From NCBI GenBank assembly GCA_043739185.1, contig JAYUEN010000506.1, positions 1-64,000 of the forward strand: 64,000 nt of DNA. Direction: 5' to 3'. Source of the stretch: Bdellovibrionales bacterium (GTDB lineage: Bacteria; Bdellovibrionota; Bdellovibrionia; Bdellovibrionales; JAMPXM01). Under the pieces are notes generated by a model that ran no database searches, was not told the origin of the DNA, and saw only the letters and a program-made list of their open reading frames with translations. Of the stretch, positions 28,669-38,443 are shown one piece after another (positions within the stretch are counted from its first letter, which is position 1; each line of letters begins with the position of its first letter). Made by a program: the position numbers and the translations under genes.

Positions 28669-30018
28669 TTGAAGTTGATGTCAGATCCTTTGAACTTTCA
28701 AATTTTAGCGCTCGGTTTGAATAAAAAACTCGAAGAGTTTATTGAGTCTTGCTTTATCAGCGGTGGCACTCTTGTTAAAATTTCAACAGCTGATGAATTT
28801 TTTGATAAGTTTGAACAGTGGCATGATGGTGACTTTGCCGGCATTTTTTGTGGTAGTGATATACCTGAGCTGTCGGGCAAAGAGTTGGGACAGGGCCTTC
28901 AAAATCAATGCCCCAATACTCATAAATTCTATGTGACAAATGACTTAACCGACTACCAGCCCTCAGTGCTTTTAAAAAATGGTTTTACCAATGTCTTTTG
29001 TTTGCCTCAAGACAAAGAATTATTGATTCGATCGATAAAAGAAGAAATTCTAACAAATATTTCTGGCAAACAATCCTTGCGACCAATCAAGATAATGGAT
29101 GTGGGTTCAGATGAAAAGCTAGATTTCGGCACCTTTGTTTTCTTGCCGTTGAACAATCGATTTGTGCCCTTTTCGAAATCCAACGAAAAGATAGATGAAG
29201 AACGTTTAAAGAAACTCAGCAAACATCAAGTGGGCAGTCTTTTCATTGATAAAAATGATCTCAATCGATTTTATACTTACTCTGCTAACCGCTTGCGCGA
29301 CGCAACCAAACCCGGGATGGGCGCGACTGAACGCCAAGCAAAGCTTGAAACTCATGTTCGTGGTTTGTTCAATTCAATATTTGATCAAGCCATTAAAACG
29401 GATTTCGCCGGCGGCAAAGAGATGGTCGAAAACTGCCAAAATATCATTTCAAATTTTATTACAAAGGGTTCTTCAAATGATTGGCACTTGCGCTTGCTGG
29501 CCTCAATTGGGGACTTGACCGATCCTTATAATCACGCCTCTCGCGTTTCAACTCTGGCCGCGCTTTTCGCCGTCGGATTAGATCACCCCAACCCCGAAGA
29601 TTTGGCAATGGCAGGTATGTTTCACGACGTTGGGATGATTGATATTCCGGATATAATTTTAGACAAGCCTGAGAACGAATGGAGCCCAGAAGATCGGGCC
29701 ATTTACGAAGGACATCCCGAAAGAACCATGTATTATTTGAAACAAAAAAGAATTAGTCTTTCAACCGAAGTTGAAAAGGCGATATTGCAACATCACGAGA
29801 AGGCCTCAGGAAAAGGATATCCAAGAGGGATGAGTGAACGAATAACCGTTGAAGCGCAAATCTTATCTTATGCCGATCAGTTTGATTATTTGACTCGCAT
29901 TGAACCAGGCAAGAAGAACTTATCTCCTTCAGAGGCCCACGAGGCGATTGCAGCCACGCAAAGTATTGAGACAGAATTACTCGAAAAATTACAGAAGCTG
30001 GTGAACGGTGAAGTATAG
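28669..30018 (+). CDS. HD-GYP domain phosphohydrolase with degenerate receiver-like N-terminus
   Basis: HASRV, MFHDVG, HP, QHHEK..G.GYP, ADQFD. Confidence 0.88.
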   Translation: MKLMSDPLNFQILALGLNKKLEEFIESCFISGGTLVKISTADEFFDKFEQWHDGDFAGIFCGSDIPELSGKELGQGLQNQCPNTHKFYVTNDLTDYQPSVLLKNGFTNVFCLPQDKELLIRSIKEEILTNISGKQSLRPIKIMDVGSDEKLDFGTFVFLPLNNRFVPFSKSNEKIDEERLKKLSKHQVGSLFIDKNDLNRFYTYSANRLRDATKPGMGATERQAKLETHVRGLFNSIFDQAIKTDFAGGKEMVENCQNIISNFITKGSSNDWHLRLLASIGDLTDPYNHASRVSTLAALFAVGLDHPNPEDLAMAGMFHDVGMIDIPDIILDKPENEWSPEDRAIYEGHPERTMYYLKQKRISLSTEVEKAILQHHEKASGKGYPRGMSERITVEAQILSYADQFDYLTRIEPGKKNLSPSEAHEAIAATQSIETELLEKLQKLVNGEV

Positions 30019-30030
30019 TGGTCTAAATAT

Positions 30031-30435
30031 TTATCCCGCACGCTTTGAGGTTTTTGCGTAAGCCTCTGCCAGTTTTGTTTTTAAAACCTCAGAGGTAAAT
30101 GGTTTGACGATATAGTTGTCGACACCAGCTTTTAGAGCCTCCGCAACACGATGACCATCGGATTCGGCAGTAAGTAATACAAAGGGCATATTTTTAAAGC
30201 GACCATCGCCACGCACCCGCTTAAGAAGATCTAAGCCTGTGCAATTTGGCATATCCCAATCTGAAATGATGAGTTCGATCACATGCTCTGAGCTATTTAA
30301 GATTTCCCATGCTTTTTGGCCATCAGTGGTATCAATCAAATTTGTAAATCCGATATCGCGGCATGCGCGTGATACGATTTTTCTCATCGTCAACATATCA
30401 TCAACCAGCAATACTTTTATTTTCGGATCGTACAT
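30031..30435 (-). CDS. cheY: CheY-like single-domain response regulator
   Basis: VLLVDDM.TMRKIV, ISDWDMP, LTAE, YIVKPF. Confidence 0.88.
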   Translation of the reverse strand: MYDPKIKVLLVDDMLTMRKIVSRACRDIGFTNLIDTTDGQKAWEILNSSEHVIELIISDWDMPNCTGLDLLKRVRGDGRFKNMPFVLLTAESDGHRVAEALKAGVDNYIVKPFTSEVLKTKLAEAYAKTSKRAG

Positions 30436-30489
30436 TGAGTTTCCTTTGCTTTATCTTGCATCAATTAATCGGCTCTTTCATAGGTGAAC

Positions 30490-30512
30490 TCAATTAACAT
30501 GGTGTTAATTGA
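30490..30512. promoter_or_regulatory. Perfect palindrome, candidate operator between cheY and tonB-like gene
   Basis: TCAATTAACA-TGG-TGTTAATTGA. Confidence 0.5.
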
Positions 30513-30759
30513 ACGAATTCACTCTTGATATTTTCAATTTGAGACATTTGAGGGTGATTTTCATCTCGTGACAGTTGATATTTTCTTAAAAATTCAATTT
30601 TCACTCTCTGAAAAGATTTCAAGACTTCGGCTCGAAACGTCACCTTTCTCACTATTCATTGTACTCAAATCTCATTTGCTTAAGGCAGACTTGGCCCTGT
30701 TTTTGTAAATGTATTTTAGGTCGAGATCTCCCTGGATCAGGAATTAAAACGAGGTGGCT

Positions 30760-31950
30760 ATGTCGCAGAAAAATCAATTTCGCTTTTTAGTCTGTTTTTT
30801 ATTTTCAATTCTGGCGCATTCAAGTGTCTTGGTGGCTTCATTCTTTTTTACTCAAGCTATTGCCGAAGAACCGCAGGGCGCAATTGTAAAAGCCGCCGCA
30901 GGCTCTTCTGCAATTCAGGCCATGAATTCGCCCACCCTACACAGTGTCGAATTGACTGATATCAAAACCTCCCAGCATTCGATTCCTGACTCTGTACAAG
31001 TAGCAGAGCTCGCTCAAAAATTACCTGAAAAATCGCCCGATAAATTTAGGGCTCTTGCAAAAAATGATATCATTTTGGCAAAAGCAGATGACCCAACCGC
31101 GGTCGAAATCGAAAAGCCGATTCCACAAGCCTTGCCGGTTGTAGCTCCCGCAAAAACAATTGCTGAAACAAAAAAGTCGCATGTGAAAAAGAAGCCGAGT
31201 CATTTAGCAAAAGCGGCTCTACCCAAAAAAGAAGTATCCAAGCCCATAACCTCTGAAAATCTGAAAGACGATACTATTGTGGCACAAGCAGAAGAATTAA
31301 CCCCAGTTAAAGATCGCGTGGATGCGCAAGCTAAAGACGAAGTAGCGGTTGAAGCAACTCTTGCGCCTATTACTGAAACTCAAACCAAAGAAGCACCCGC
31401 ACCTGCAGAGAGCACTCCCATTCAAGTAAGTAAGGCTGCCGAAGAAGAAGAAAACACAAGAGTTGAAGAGGCCGCGCCGACTCCAAGTAAGCTCGCAAAA
31501 CCTATTGCCAAATCAAATTCAACTCACGGTGATGCGCGTGCCTTAAAAGCAAAGGGTGAAGGAGATTTAGCAGAGTCGGTAGGAGCCGGGTCGGCACAAG
31601 CTTCGAGTCCTGGCGGCGCACCCGAAGGTGTTCGTGATGGGGACAGTCTGGTCGAATTGACCGGAAATATTCGACCGCTTTATCCAGTTGAAGATCGACG
31701 AGCTAAACGTGAAGGTACTGCGGTATTTATTGCTCGCATAACTCACGATGGACGAGTTCAAGAAATAAAGCTTGAATCCCCGGCCACCGCCGCAATGAAC
31801 GCAGCGGCATTAAAGGCCTTTGGAAGCTACCACTACAAAGCGGGACAAGAAGGCTGGGTACGTAAGAAATTTGTTTTCAAAATCACTGGCGAAGCAGAAG
31901 AACCAGCCCGCCTGCGAAGAACTTCGAAAAATGATTCAACTTCACGCTAA
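30760..31950 (+). CDS. TonB family energy transducer
   Basis: N-terminal TM with S...H, long P/E/K/A-rich linker, PLYP..DRR.KREG..V...I..DG.V C-terminal domain. Confidence 0.85.
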   Translation: MSQKNQFRFLVCFLFSILAHSSVLVASFFFTQAIAEEPQGAIVKAAAGSSAIQAMNSPTLHSVELTDIKTSQHSIPDSVQVAELAQKLPEKSPDKFRALAKNDIILAKADDPTAVEIEKPIPQALPVVAPAKTIAETKKSHVKKKPSHLAKAALPKKEVSKPITSENLKDDTIVAQAEELTPVKDRVDAQAKDEVAVEATLAPITETQTKEAPAPAESTPIQVSKAAEEEENTRVEEAAPTPSKLAKPIAKSNSTHGDARALKAKGEGDLAESVGAGSAQASSPGGAPEGVRDGDSLVELTGNIRPLYPVEDRRAKREGTAVFIARITHDGRVQEIKLESPATAAMNAAALKAFGSYHYKAGQEGWVRKKFVFKITGEAEEPARLRRTSKNDSTSR

Positions 31951-31952
31951 AA

Positions 31953-31981
31953 AAAATGGCAACCTCAATGGCTGCCATTTT
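31953..31981. terminator. Probable bidirectional terminator
   Basis: AAAATGGCAACC-TCAAT-GGCTGCCATTTT between convergent genes. Confidence 0.7.
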
Positions 31982-32010
31982 CAAAAATTACAATTTAAAG
32001 ATTAATTAGA

Positions 32011-32142
32011 CTATTTATCGCCGAATAAAGCTTTGCGAGATTTCGTCGTGCCCTTAGTGCGAAGTGCGGCTTTTCTTTTTTTACCACGAGCCCCAGCTTT
32101 ACGAGTGCGGATTGTTTCAGTGCGTTTTGTTTTTGAAGCCAT
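32011..32142 (-). CDS. Small highly basic protein (43 aa), not in the ORF track
   Basis: AGAGGA RBS, ATG..TAG; MASKTKRTETIRTRKAGARGKKRKAALRTKGTTKSRKALFGDK. Confidence 0.75.
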   Translation of the reverse strand: MASKTKRTETIRTRKAGARGKKRKAALRTKGTTKSRKALFGDK

Positions 32143-32172
32143 AGTATCCTCTTTTCTAAAGAAGTCTGAGTA

Positions 32173-33051
32173 TCAAAAGTGCAACCACAAGTCAACGAAT
32201 TGCCTAAAACCTGATCCGACCTGAACATCTTTCTGATAAGTATAGTCGATGCTAAGGCGTGGGCCTTTATAACCGATTCCAAAGCTAAAAAGCTTCTCCT
32301 CAGTGCCGACTTCTCGCCATTGCCATCCCGTCCTAACCACAAAATCATGGCGAAAATTGGTTTCTAGGCCCAGCTGGGTATTGAGCCGGTGGCCCTCATT
32401 AAATTTGTCGGGCCTCACAATATCAAAACAAAAGACAAAGCTGGATTCATATTTAAATGAAGTCCCGAGGGCCAGGGTAGGAATCGTCTGAAATGCTTGA
32501 GGTACCGAATCGTCGCCGCCCATAATATCGTAGGCTACGAAAGCAAATGAAAACTGCCTTGAGGGCGCAAAGATAGTCCCAATTGTGGCGTTGTTTTGCG
32601 CATATGCGCGGCTGTTATTATCTAAAAATAAATTGCGGTGAATTGAAACTCCAACTCCAAAACTGTCTGAAGGGGCAAAGGCAATTCCCAATTGAAAGTC
32701 CTGAAGATTCGCCGAGAATCCATTGGTATCTGAAACGCGCTTTTGAACATAAGAAAACTGCCCAGGAAAGGATTTGTCAGGCGTGCCATCTGCAAGCAAA
32801 GCTGAAAATTCAGTGATTGAACCATCTATTGGATGGTCACCCCAATCTGTCGAAACAGACCCATAATAATTTCGAAGTTCCGCAAGACTTGCAGGATTTA
32901 AAAACGCAGATTCACTGGGAACATTTCCGGCGCGCCCAGCACCGCCCATAGCATTGGCGATTCCTCCTGTATAAAACTGGGCCTCGGCTCGAAAATGAAG
33001 CAAAGATAGGGATAAGTATAAAAGCGCTGCGATTTTAAAATTTCTAGACAT
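32173..33051 (-). CDS. Outer-membrane beta-barrel, FadL/PorV-like
   Basis: ANAMGGAG...SAFLNPASL hatch motif, beta-strands, C-terminal Phe. Confidence 0.8.
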   Translation of the reverse strand: MSRNFKIAALLYLSLSLLHFRAEAQFYTGGIANAMGGAGRAGNVPSESAFLNPASLAELRNYYGSVSTDWGDHPIDGSITEFSALLADGTPDKSFPGQFSYVQKRVSDTNGFSANLQDFQLGIAFAPSDSFGVGVSIHRNLFLDNNSRAYAQNNATIGTIFAPSRQFSFAFVAYDIMGGDDSVPQAFQTIPTLALGTSFKYESSFVFCFDIVRPDKFNEGHRLNTQLGLETNFRHDFVVRTGWQWREVGTEEKLFSFGIGYKGPRLSIDYTYQKDVQVGSGFRQFVDLWLHF

Positions 33052-33091
33052 GGCACAAAGCTATGCCAACTAGGATCGAGGGTCAAAGAAA

Positions 33092-34354
33092 TCATCGATA
33101 ACAAATGCTCGCGAACTCAACAAATAGATTATTTTTTTGACCGGGAGGAAAAGCCGGCGACGCAATATTATAATTTAAAAAGTCATTCGCATAAGTGTTA
33201 TTCGCTGGTGGAATGGGAGGCGTATTAGCCGGAATACCAACGCTTGCATTGTAGCATCCTGCCCCAGCTTTTTTAGGAATAAGACAACGATTCGCCATAT
33301 CCACATACCAATCCTGAGCTCGAAAACTATTGCGTACGATCGCAAGTTTTGAATCATTGGGGTTGTCAACACTGAGGGCACAGCCCGCCTGGCTCAGATC
33401 GGCAGTTAAATTAGTTCGCAAAATTCGAAATTGCATAGAAGGATCACAAGTCCATGGATTGATAGTCGAAGGCACGCCTCGGCTTTCAAGATTGATTTCT
33501 GAAACACTTGCCAGGGTACTAATTGGATAACCGCCACTTGAACCAACGGGTTGCCGAAATTGAATTTGATAGCCACGGCCAAACACAGAAGTTCCTGAAG
33601 GCGAGGTACTCAATCCATAATCCGTCGGTGATCTCGCTTGGTACTTACCGGCGGCGCCAACATAAGTAACCGCAAGTAATGCTGTACCATTGCTGATTGT
33701 GGTTTGCAGCCCGGTCACTACTGACCATGAGTTATTGAGCGCGATATTGGCCTCAAAGCGAACGCCACGAGCCTGTTCGGTTCGGAGATAACGAACCCCA
33801 TCACCGCTATTTGCCGTCAGCACGGCCATAGCAAAATCAGGATTATCCATAGCTGTAAAAAAAGTAGAATAATCCTGCCCCTCAGTCCCTGACGATCCCT
33901 GCGATGAAAGAAGTGGGATTTGAAAGTTAGCAAAAGTTCTAATTGCAAGCTGGGGAAACGCGCCAACTACAGCCGGGATCTGCGTTAAAACTGAAACCTG
34001 ATCGCTTGTACGCGCACCAGCCACATTCTTATTGCTCATAAACGCAGGTGTAACTTGCACACCCGAGCCGGCTCGATAAGCCCCCGCACGAAAACTAAAA
34101 TAAGCACTTGGATCATAAGTGCCCGCAGCTTGCTGGTTACAAGACATATAGGCAATCTGGTCAATTTGGCTATCATAAGGAAAATCAACACTTGCAAGGC
34201 TGGCAGCAAGCGAATTTCCGCTTGGCGTTGCTGGATTCGAACAGTTTTGGAATATCAAACCCGAAAGAACTAGGGCTATAATCGAAGCCGCAAGTATTTT
34301 CTTCTCTTCACCGAACTTCCCAGAAAACTTGCTCAATTTTTCAAACTTAGACAT
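33092..34354 (-). CDS. FQNC-type Cys-rich surface lipoprotein
   Basis: Leader ending LIFQNCS; D.IAYMSC, YFSFRAGAY, SICYR. Confidence 0.85.
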   Translation of the reverse strand: MSKFEKLSKFSGKFGEEKKILAASIIALVLSGLIFQNCSNPATPSGNSLAASLASVDFPYDSQIDQIAYMSCNQQAAGTYDPSAYFSFRAGAYRAGSGVQVTPAFMSNKNVAGARTSDQVSVLTQIPAVVGAFPQLAIRTFANFQIPLLSSQGSSGTEGQDYSTFFTAMDNPDFAMAVLTANSGDGVRYLRTEQARGVRFEANIALNNSWSVVTGLQTTISNGTALLAVTYVGAAGKYQARSPTDYGLSTSPSGTSVFGRGYQIQFRQPVGSSGGYPISTLASVSEINLESRGVPSTINPWTCDPSMQFRILRTNLTADLSQAGCALSVDNPNDSKLAIVRNSFRAQDWYVDMANRCLIPKKAGAGCYNASVGIPANTPPIPPANNTYANDFLNYNIASPAFPPGQKNNLFVEFASICYR

Positions 34355-34553
34355 TTCTTTTTACTCCGCGTTTTAAACCGAGAAAGCGTCTTAATATGAT
34401 AGTACCTATCGGCTCATTCTGGACTTTTCTGGATCAAAAATGAGTCAATTTTCAAAAAAATCCGTCTTTTTATAAGACGCATTGAGCTTGAAAATGGAGC
34501 TTAAAAAGGGTTTGGACTTGTCTTGCAAGCCTGCTCGTGTTCCATTTTGAGAC

Positions 34554-35441
34554 ATGAGTCCTCAAGTTCGAAAAGCCATCATTCCAGCCGCAGGTCTTGG
34601 CACGCGATTTTTGCCCGCGACCAAAAGCATTCCGAAAGAGATGCTACCAATCGTAGATCGCCCCATCATTTTATTTATTGTCGAAGAAGCGGTTCGAGCT
34701 GGAATTGAAGATATCATTATTATTCAAGGTCGACACAAAACCGCGATCGAAGATTTTTTTGATGTTTCGTATGAGCTGCAAGATAAACTGATGAAAGATG
34801 GCCGATCGGAATGGCTTGAGTCTCTACTAAAAATTCAGTCGATGGCCAATGTTATGAGCATTCGACAAAAACAAGCTCTCGGCTTAGGCCACGCCGTCTA
34901 TTGCGGTAAACCTATTGTCGGCAATGAGCCTTTTGCAGTTTTGCTTGGTGATGAAATTATGTTGGCTTCTCCGCAACAGCAAACGGTGACTGAAATTTTG
35001 GTGCGTGGCTTTGAGAAAACTTCGCAATCTTGTGTTGCCATCATGAAAGTTGAGGAGTCTGAAGTTTCAAAATATGGCATCGTTGAAACCACTTCTGCTG
35101 CGAATGGCCTTGGACATAAAATCACAAAAGTTATTGAAAAACCGAATGCGGGTCAGACTCAAAGTCGTTGGGCACTTCCGGGAAGATATGTTTTTAGCGC
35201 CGAAATTTTTGCTTTTTTGAAAGATACAAAACCCGGAAAAAATGGCGAAATTCAACTGACCGATGCGATGATGGCCCTCATTTTGAAAAATGGTATGCTC
35301 GGTTTTGAATTTGATTCTAAACGCTACGACGCCGGCGATAAATTTGGATATTTACAAGCCAATATTGAAATTGCACTTGAACATCCACAGCTCAAAGCTC
35401 AAATGAAAATTTATCTCCAAAAATTGGCAAAACAGCTTTAA
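34554..35441 (+). CDS. galU: UTP--glucose-1-phosphate uridylyltransferase
   Basis: KAIIPAAGLGTRFLPATKSIPKEMLP, GLGHAV, IEKP, GEIQLTDA. Confidence 0.97.
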   Translation: MSPQVRKAIIPAAGLGTRFLPATKSIPKEMLPIVDRPIILFIVEEAVRAGIEDIIIIQGRHKTAIEDFFDVSYELQDKLMKDGRSEWLESLLKIQSMANVMSIRQKQALGLGHAVYCGKPIVGNEPFAVLLGDEIMLASPQQQTVTEILVRGFEKTSQSCVAIMKVEESEVSKYGIVETTSAANGLGHKITKVIEKPNAGQTQSRWALPGRYVFSAEIFAFLKDTKPGKNGEIQLTDAMMALILKNGMLGFEFDSKRYDAGDKFGYLQANIEIALEHPQLKAQMKIYLQKLAKQL

Positions 35442-35461
35442 ACTCCATAGGTGATTAGACT

Positions 35462-36322
35462 ATGACTAAAATATTTTTCTCTCTCTTTACTATAGTGATT
35501 TGCCTAGCCGGCTCAGCCTTTGCCTCAATTCCCACGGCCAGCACAATTCTCGGAAGATACACCCACCACAACGGCAAATCCGCTTATATCATTGAACAAG
35601 AGGTGCAATTTCAAACCGATGCTGAACAATATGTCTTACGTGAAAAGTGGATGATTGAAAATGCCTCCTCGATGTATTTGATCGTTGGCAGCGACCAAAC
35701 CGGTAATGGTGCCGCCCATATGGAGGTTCTCTACCATGACAATCGCCGCGTTTACTTTGATAATTTTGGAAGTGTTAAGTCCGCCGGTCTAAGTACCGAA
35801 TTCATTGAGCCCTTTATGTTTTTTCACTCCGCCAGAGGCTTACTCGATGCTCTTCAGGCCGCCAAGATTCTACCAGCCTCGTTTGGCTTAGAAAAACCGC
35901 ATATTACAAAAATCGAAACCTATAAACCTCAAGTTGAAAGCTTAGTACAACTTTCGCGATCTGGTGGCGTAATCACTTATCAATTTGGCGAGTTGACTCC
36001 ACCAAATATCGAAAAACTCAATCCTGCATTTTGGATAGATCAAGACTCCTTTAATTTTCGTAGAATGCGTTTTCCGACGCAAGCAGAAGTCCTAGCCGAT
36101 AAGCACGCACAGTTTTCAGGTGGATTACATTTGCCACGTGAACGCACTGTCAACTGGGATAATCACTCTGCTATCATTCGAGTGCTTTCCGTTAAGCTAT
36201 TGCCTAAATCTTCACGCGCTTGGTTTTCTCCGAATTACCTAACCGGTCATGCGGGTCCCACGCAATCTTTGAAGTTACCTCCTTCACAACAGGTGACAGA
36301 GTTCTATTCTAGGTTCAGATGA
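35462..36322 (+). CDS. Periplasmic hypothetical protein (possibly LolA-like fold)
   Basis: Signal ending AFA; FWIDQD.F...R motif; overlaps the priA start. Confidence 0.7.
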   Translation: MTKIFFSLFTIVICLAGSAFASIPTASTILGRYTHHNGKSAYIIEQEVQFQTDAEQYVLREKWMIENASSMYLIVGSDQTGNGAAHMEVLYHDNRRVYFDNFGSVKSAGLSTEFIEPFMFFHSARGLLDALQAAKILPASFGLEKPHITKIETYKPQVESLVQLSRSGGVITYQFGELTPPNIEKLNPAFWIDQDSFNFRRMRFPTQAEVLADKHAQFSGGLHLPRERTVNWDNHSAIIRVLSVKLLPKSSRAWFSPNYLTGHAGPTQSLKLPPSQQVTEFYSRFR

Positions 36323-38358
36323 GCCGCTTTTGGAATGTGGCCGTCGATGCGCCCTTACCTAAGGCGCTCACCTATATAGTGCCAGAGCATTTGGCCACTG
36401 CACGATTAGGTTTAATTGGTCAATCCGTATTGGTTCCCTTGGGAAAAAGACAAGTCAACGGGGTTCTACTCTCTGAAGTCACGTCCCTTGAGCCCAGCGA
36501 ATTCAAAGTGAAAGAAGTATTCGAATTTCACGAAAATCGACCCCAACTTTTAAGACATCAACTCGAATGGCTGAGTTGGCTTTCTCAATATTATTTTTAT
36601 CCGATTGGCCAAGTTTTTGAAATGAGTTTTGCTCCCTTAGAAAAGCAGCTGAAAGAGAGAAAGTCTAACAAACGCCCCGTCATAAAAGCGGCTGCCGCCA
36701 TAGCTGCACCCAAACATACGCAAGAGCAAAAAAAAGTTATTTCAGATATCTCAGCCCATTCAGACTTTTCAACTCATCTTATTTTTGGAGTAACCGGCTC
36801 CGGTAAAACTGAAATTTATATTTCACTTTTAGAGAAAGTCATTGCACTGGGAAAACAAGCCATTGTTTTGGTTCCAGAAATTTCTCTCACCCCACAGCTA
36901 ATTGATCGCTTTTCAGCCCGTCTTGGCGATCACATTGCCGCCATTCATTCACATCTCACACCTCGAGAAAAGACCAATCAGTGGTGGCTAATGCAAACCG
37001 GACAAAAACAAATTCTCATTGGCGCTCGCTCTGCACTTTTTTGCCCGATACAAAGCCTTGGACTGATTGTTATAGATGAAGAACATGAATCGAGCTTCAA
37101 ACAAGATGAAAAGCTGCGCTATCATGCACGAGACAGCGCGGTGATGCTTGGCAAATTTTCGAATTGCCCGGTGGTTCTCGGATCAGCAACACCCAGTCTT
37201 GAGAGCTGGAACAATGTTTTAAACAAACGCTATCATCTTCATGAACTCAAAGAACGTGTTGAAAATCGCGCCATGCCTGAAGTTGAGATTGTTGACTTGA
37301 AACTTGAGCGCGATCAAGAAAAGCAAGCCGGCATCAAAACAGATCGACCCTTTTGGATGAGCCTGAGAATGCAAGAGGTGCTCAACGAAACTTTCGATAA
37401 GAAAAAACAATCTGCGATTTTTTTAAATCGCAGAGGTGTCGCCCAATCGGTTGTCTGTCCTGCCTGTGGCGCAACTCCAGAGTGTCCAAACTGCGCAGTC
37501 AGTCTCACCCTGCACGGAAAAAATCATTTGCTCTGTCACTATTGTGATTACCGCGAAGTACTCACAAAGAAATGCAAGGAGTGCCCAGACGGAGAGCCTC
37601 GTCCACTCGGCCTCGGCACCGAATTGATTGAGCAAGATATTCAAAAGCTTTATCCCAGCGCTTCAGTTTTGAGAATGGATCGCGATGAAATCAATACTCG
37701 CGAAGAACTTGAAGAGGCTATCTCCTCCATCGAATTCGGCGATGTTGATTTTGTTGTGGGCACGCAAATGATTGCAAAGGGACTTGATTTTCCGAGGCTA
37801 ACCACCGTGGCGATTGTGATGGCGGACGTGGCATTCAACCTTCCTGACTTTCGCGCCAGTGAACACAGCTTTCAATTGCTCACGCAAGTCAGTGGCCGCT
37901 CTGGCCGGCACTTGAGTGAAGGCGCCGGCAAGGTACTTGTTCAAACCTACAATCCGGATCACCCCAGTATTCAATTTGCAAGTCGTCATGATTTTATCAA
38001 TTTTAGCAGCCATGAACTCGATTTTCGAAAGGCACTCAATTATCCGCCCTTCGGAAAACTTGCGGTTTTAAGAATTCAGGGATTGGATCTCGATTCGACG
38101 CAAAAGGAATGTTTGCGCATTCGAAGTTTGAGCACCCGTTTGAAAGACTCAAATGTCGAGTATGCTAAAGTTGAAATTCTAGGGCCGGCCCCAGCACCAC
38201 TACAAAAAATAAGAAATAAATATCGCTTTCAAATGTTGCTCAAGGCTTCAGACGCTCACAGTTTGACTCATTTTTGTCGGCAATTGATGAAGTATTATAA
38301 ACCAAGTTCGACTCGACTATCGGTCAGTCTAGACATCGATGCCATTCATTTGCTTTAA
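36319..38358 (+). CDS. priA: Primosomal protein N'
   Basis: GVTGSGKT, VPEISLTPQ, DEEHE, two CxxC zinc clusters, GTQMIAKGLDF. Confidence 0.98.
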   Translation: MSRFWNVAVDAPLPKALTYIVPEHLATARLGLIGQSVLVPLGKRQVNGVLLSEVTSLEPSEFKVKEVFEFHENRPQLLRHQLEWLSWLSQYYFYPIGQVFEMSFAPLEKQLKERKSNKRPVIKAAAAIAAPKHTQEQKKVISDISAHSDFSTHLIFGVTGSGKTEIYISLLEKVIALGKQAIVLVPEISLTPQLIDRFSARLGDHIAAIHSHLTPREKTNQWWLMQTGQKQILIGARSALFCPIQSLGLIVIDEEHESSFKQDEKLRYHARDSAVMLGKFSNCPVVLGSATPSLESWNNVLNKRYHLHELKERVENRAMPEVEIVDLKLERDQEKQAGIKTDRPFWMSLRMQEVLNETFDKKKQSAIFLNRRGVAQSVVCPACGATPECPNCAVSLTLHGKNHLLCHYCDYREVLTKKCKECPDGEPRPLGLGTELIEQDIQKLYPSASVLRMDRDEINTREELEEAISSIEFGDVDFVVGTQMIAKGLDFPRLTTVAIVMADVAFNLPDFRASEHSFQLLTQVSGRSGRHLSEGAGKVLVQTYNPDHPSIQFASRHDFINFSSHELDFRKALNYPPFGKLAVLRIQGLDLDSTQKECLRIRSLSTRLKDSNVEYAKVEILGPAPAPLQKIRNKYRFQMLLKASDAHSLTHFCRQLMKYYKPSSTRLSVSLDIDAIHLL

Positions 38359-38443
38359 CCACGACTAGTCGAACTGGTGTTCTAGTGTCATAATAAAAGG
38401 GCCTTTCCTTTAATATTGTTTACCGAGAGCCAGGAGAGAGATC

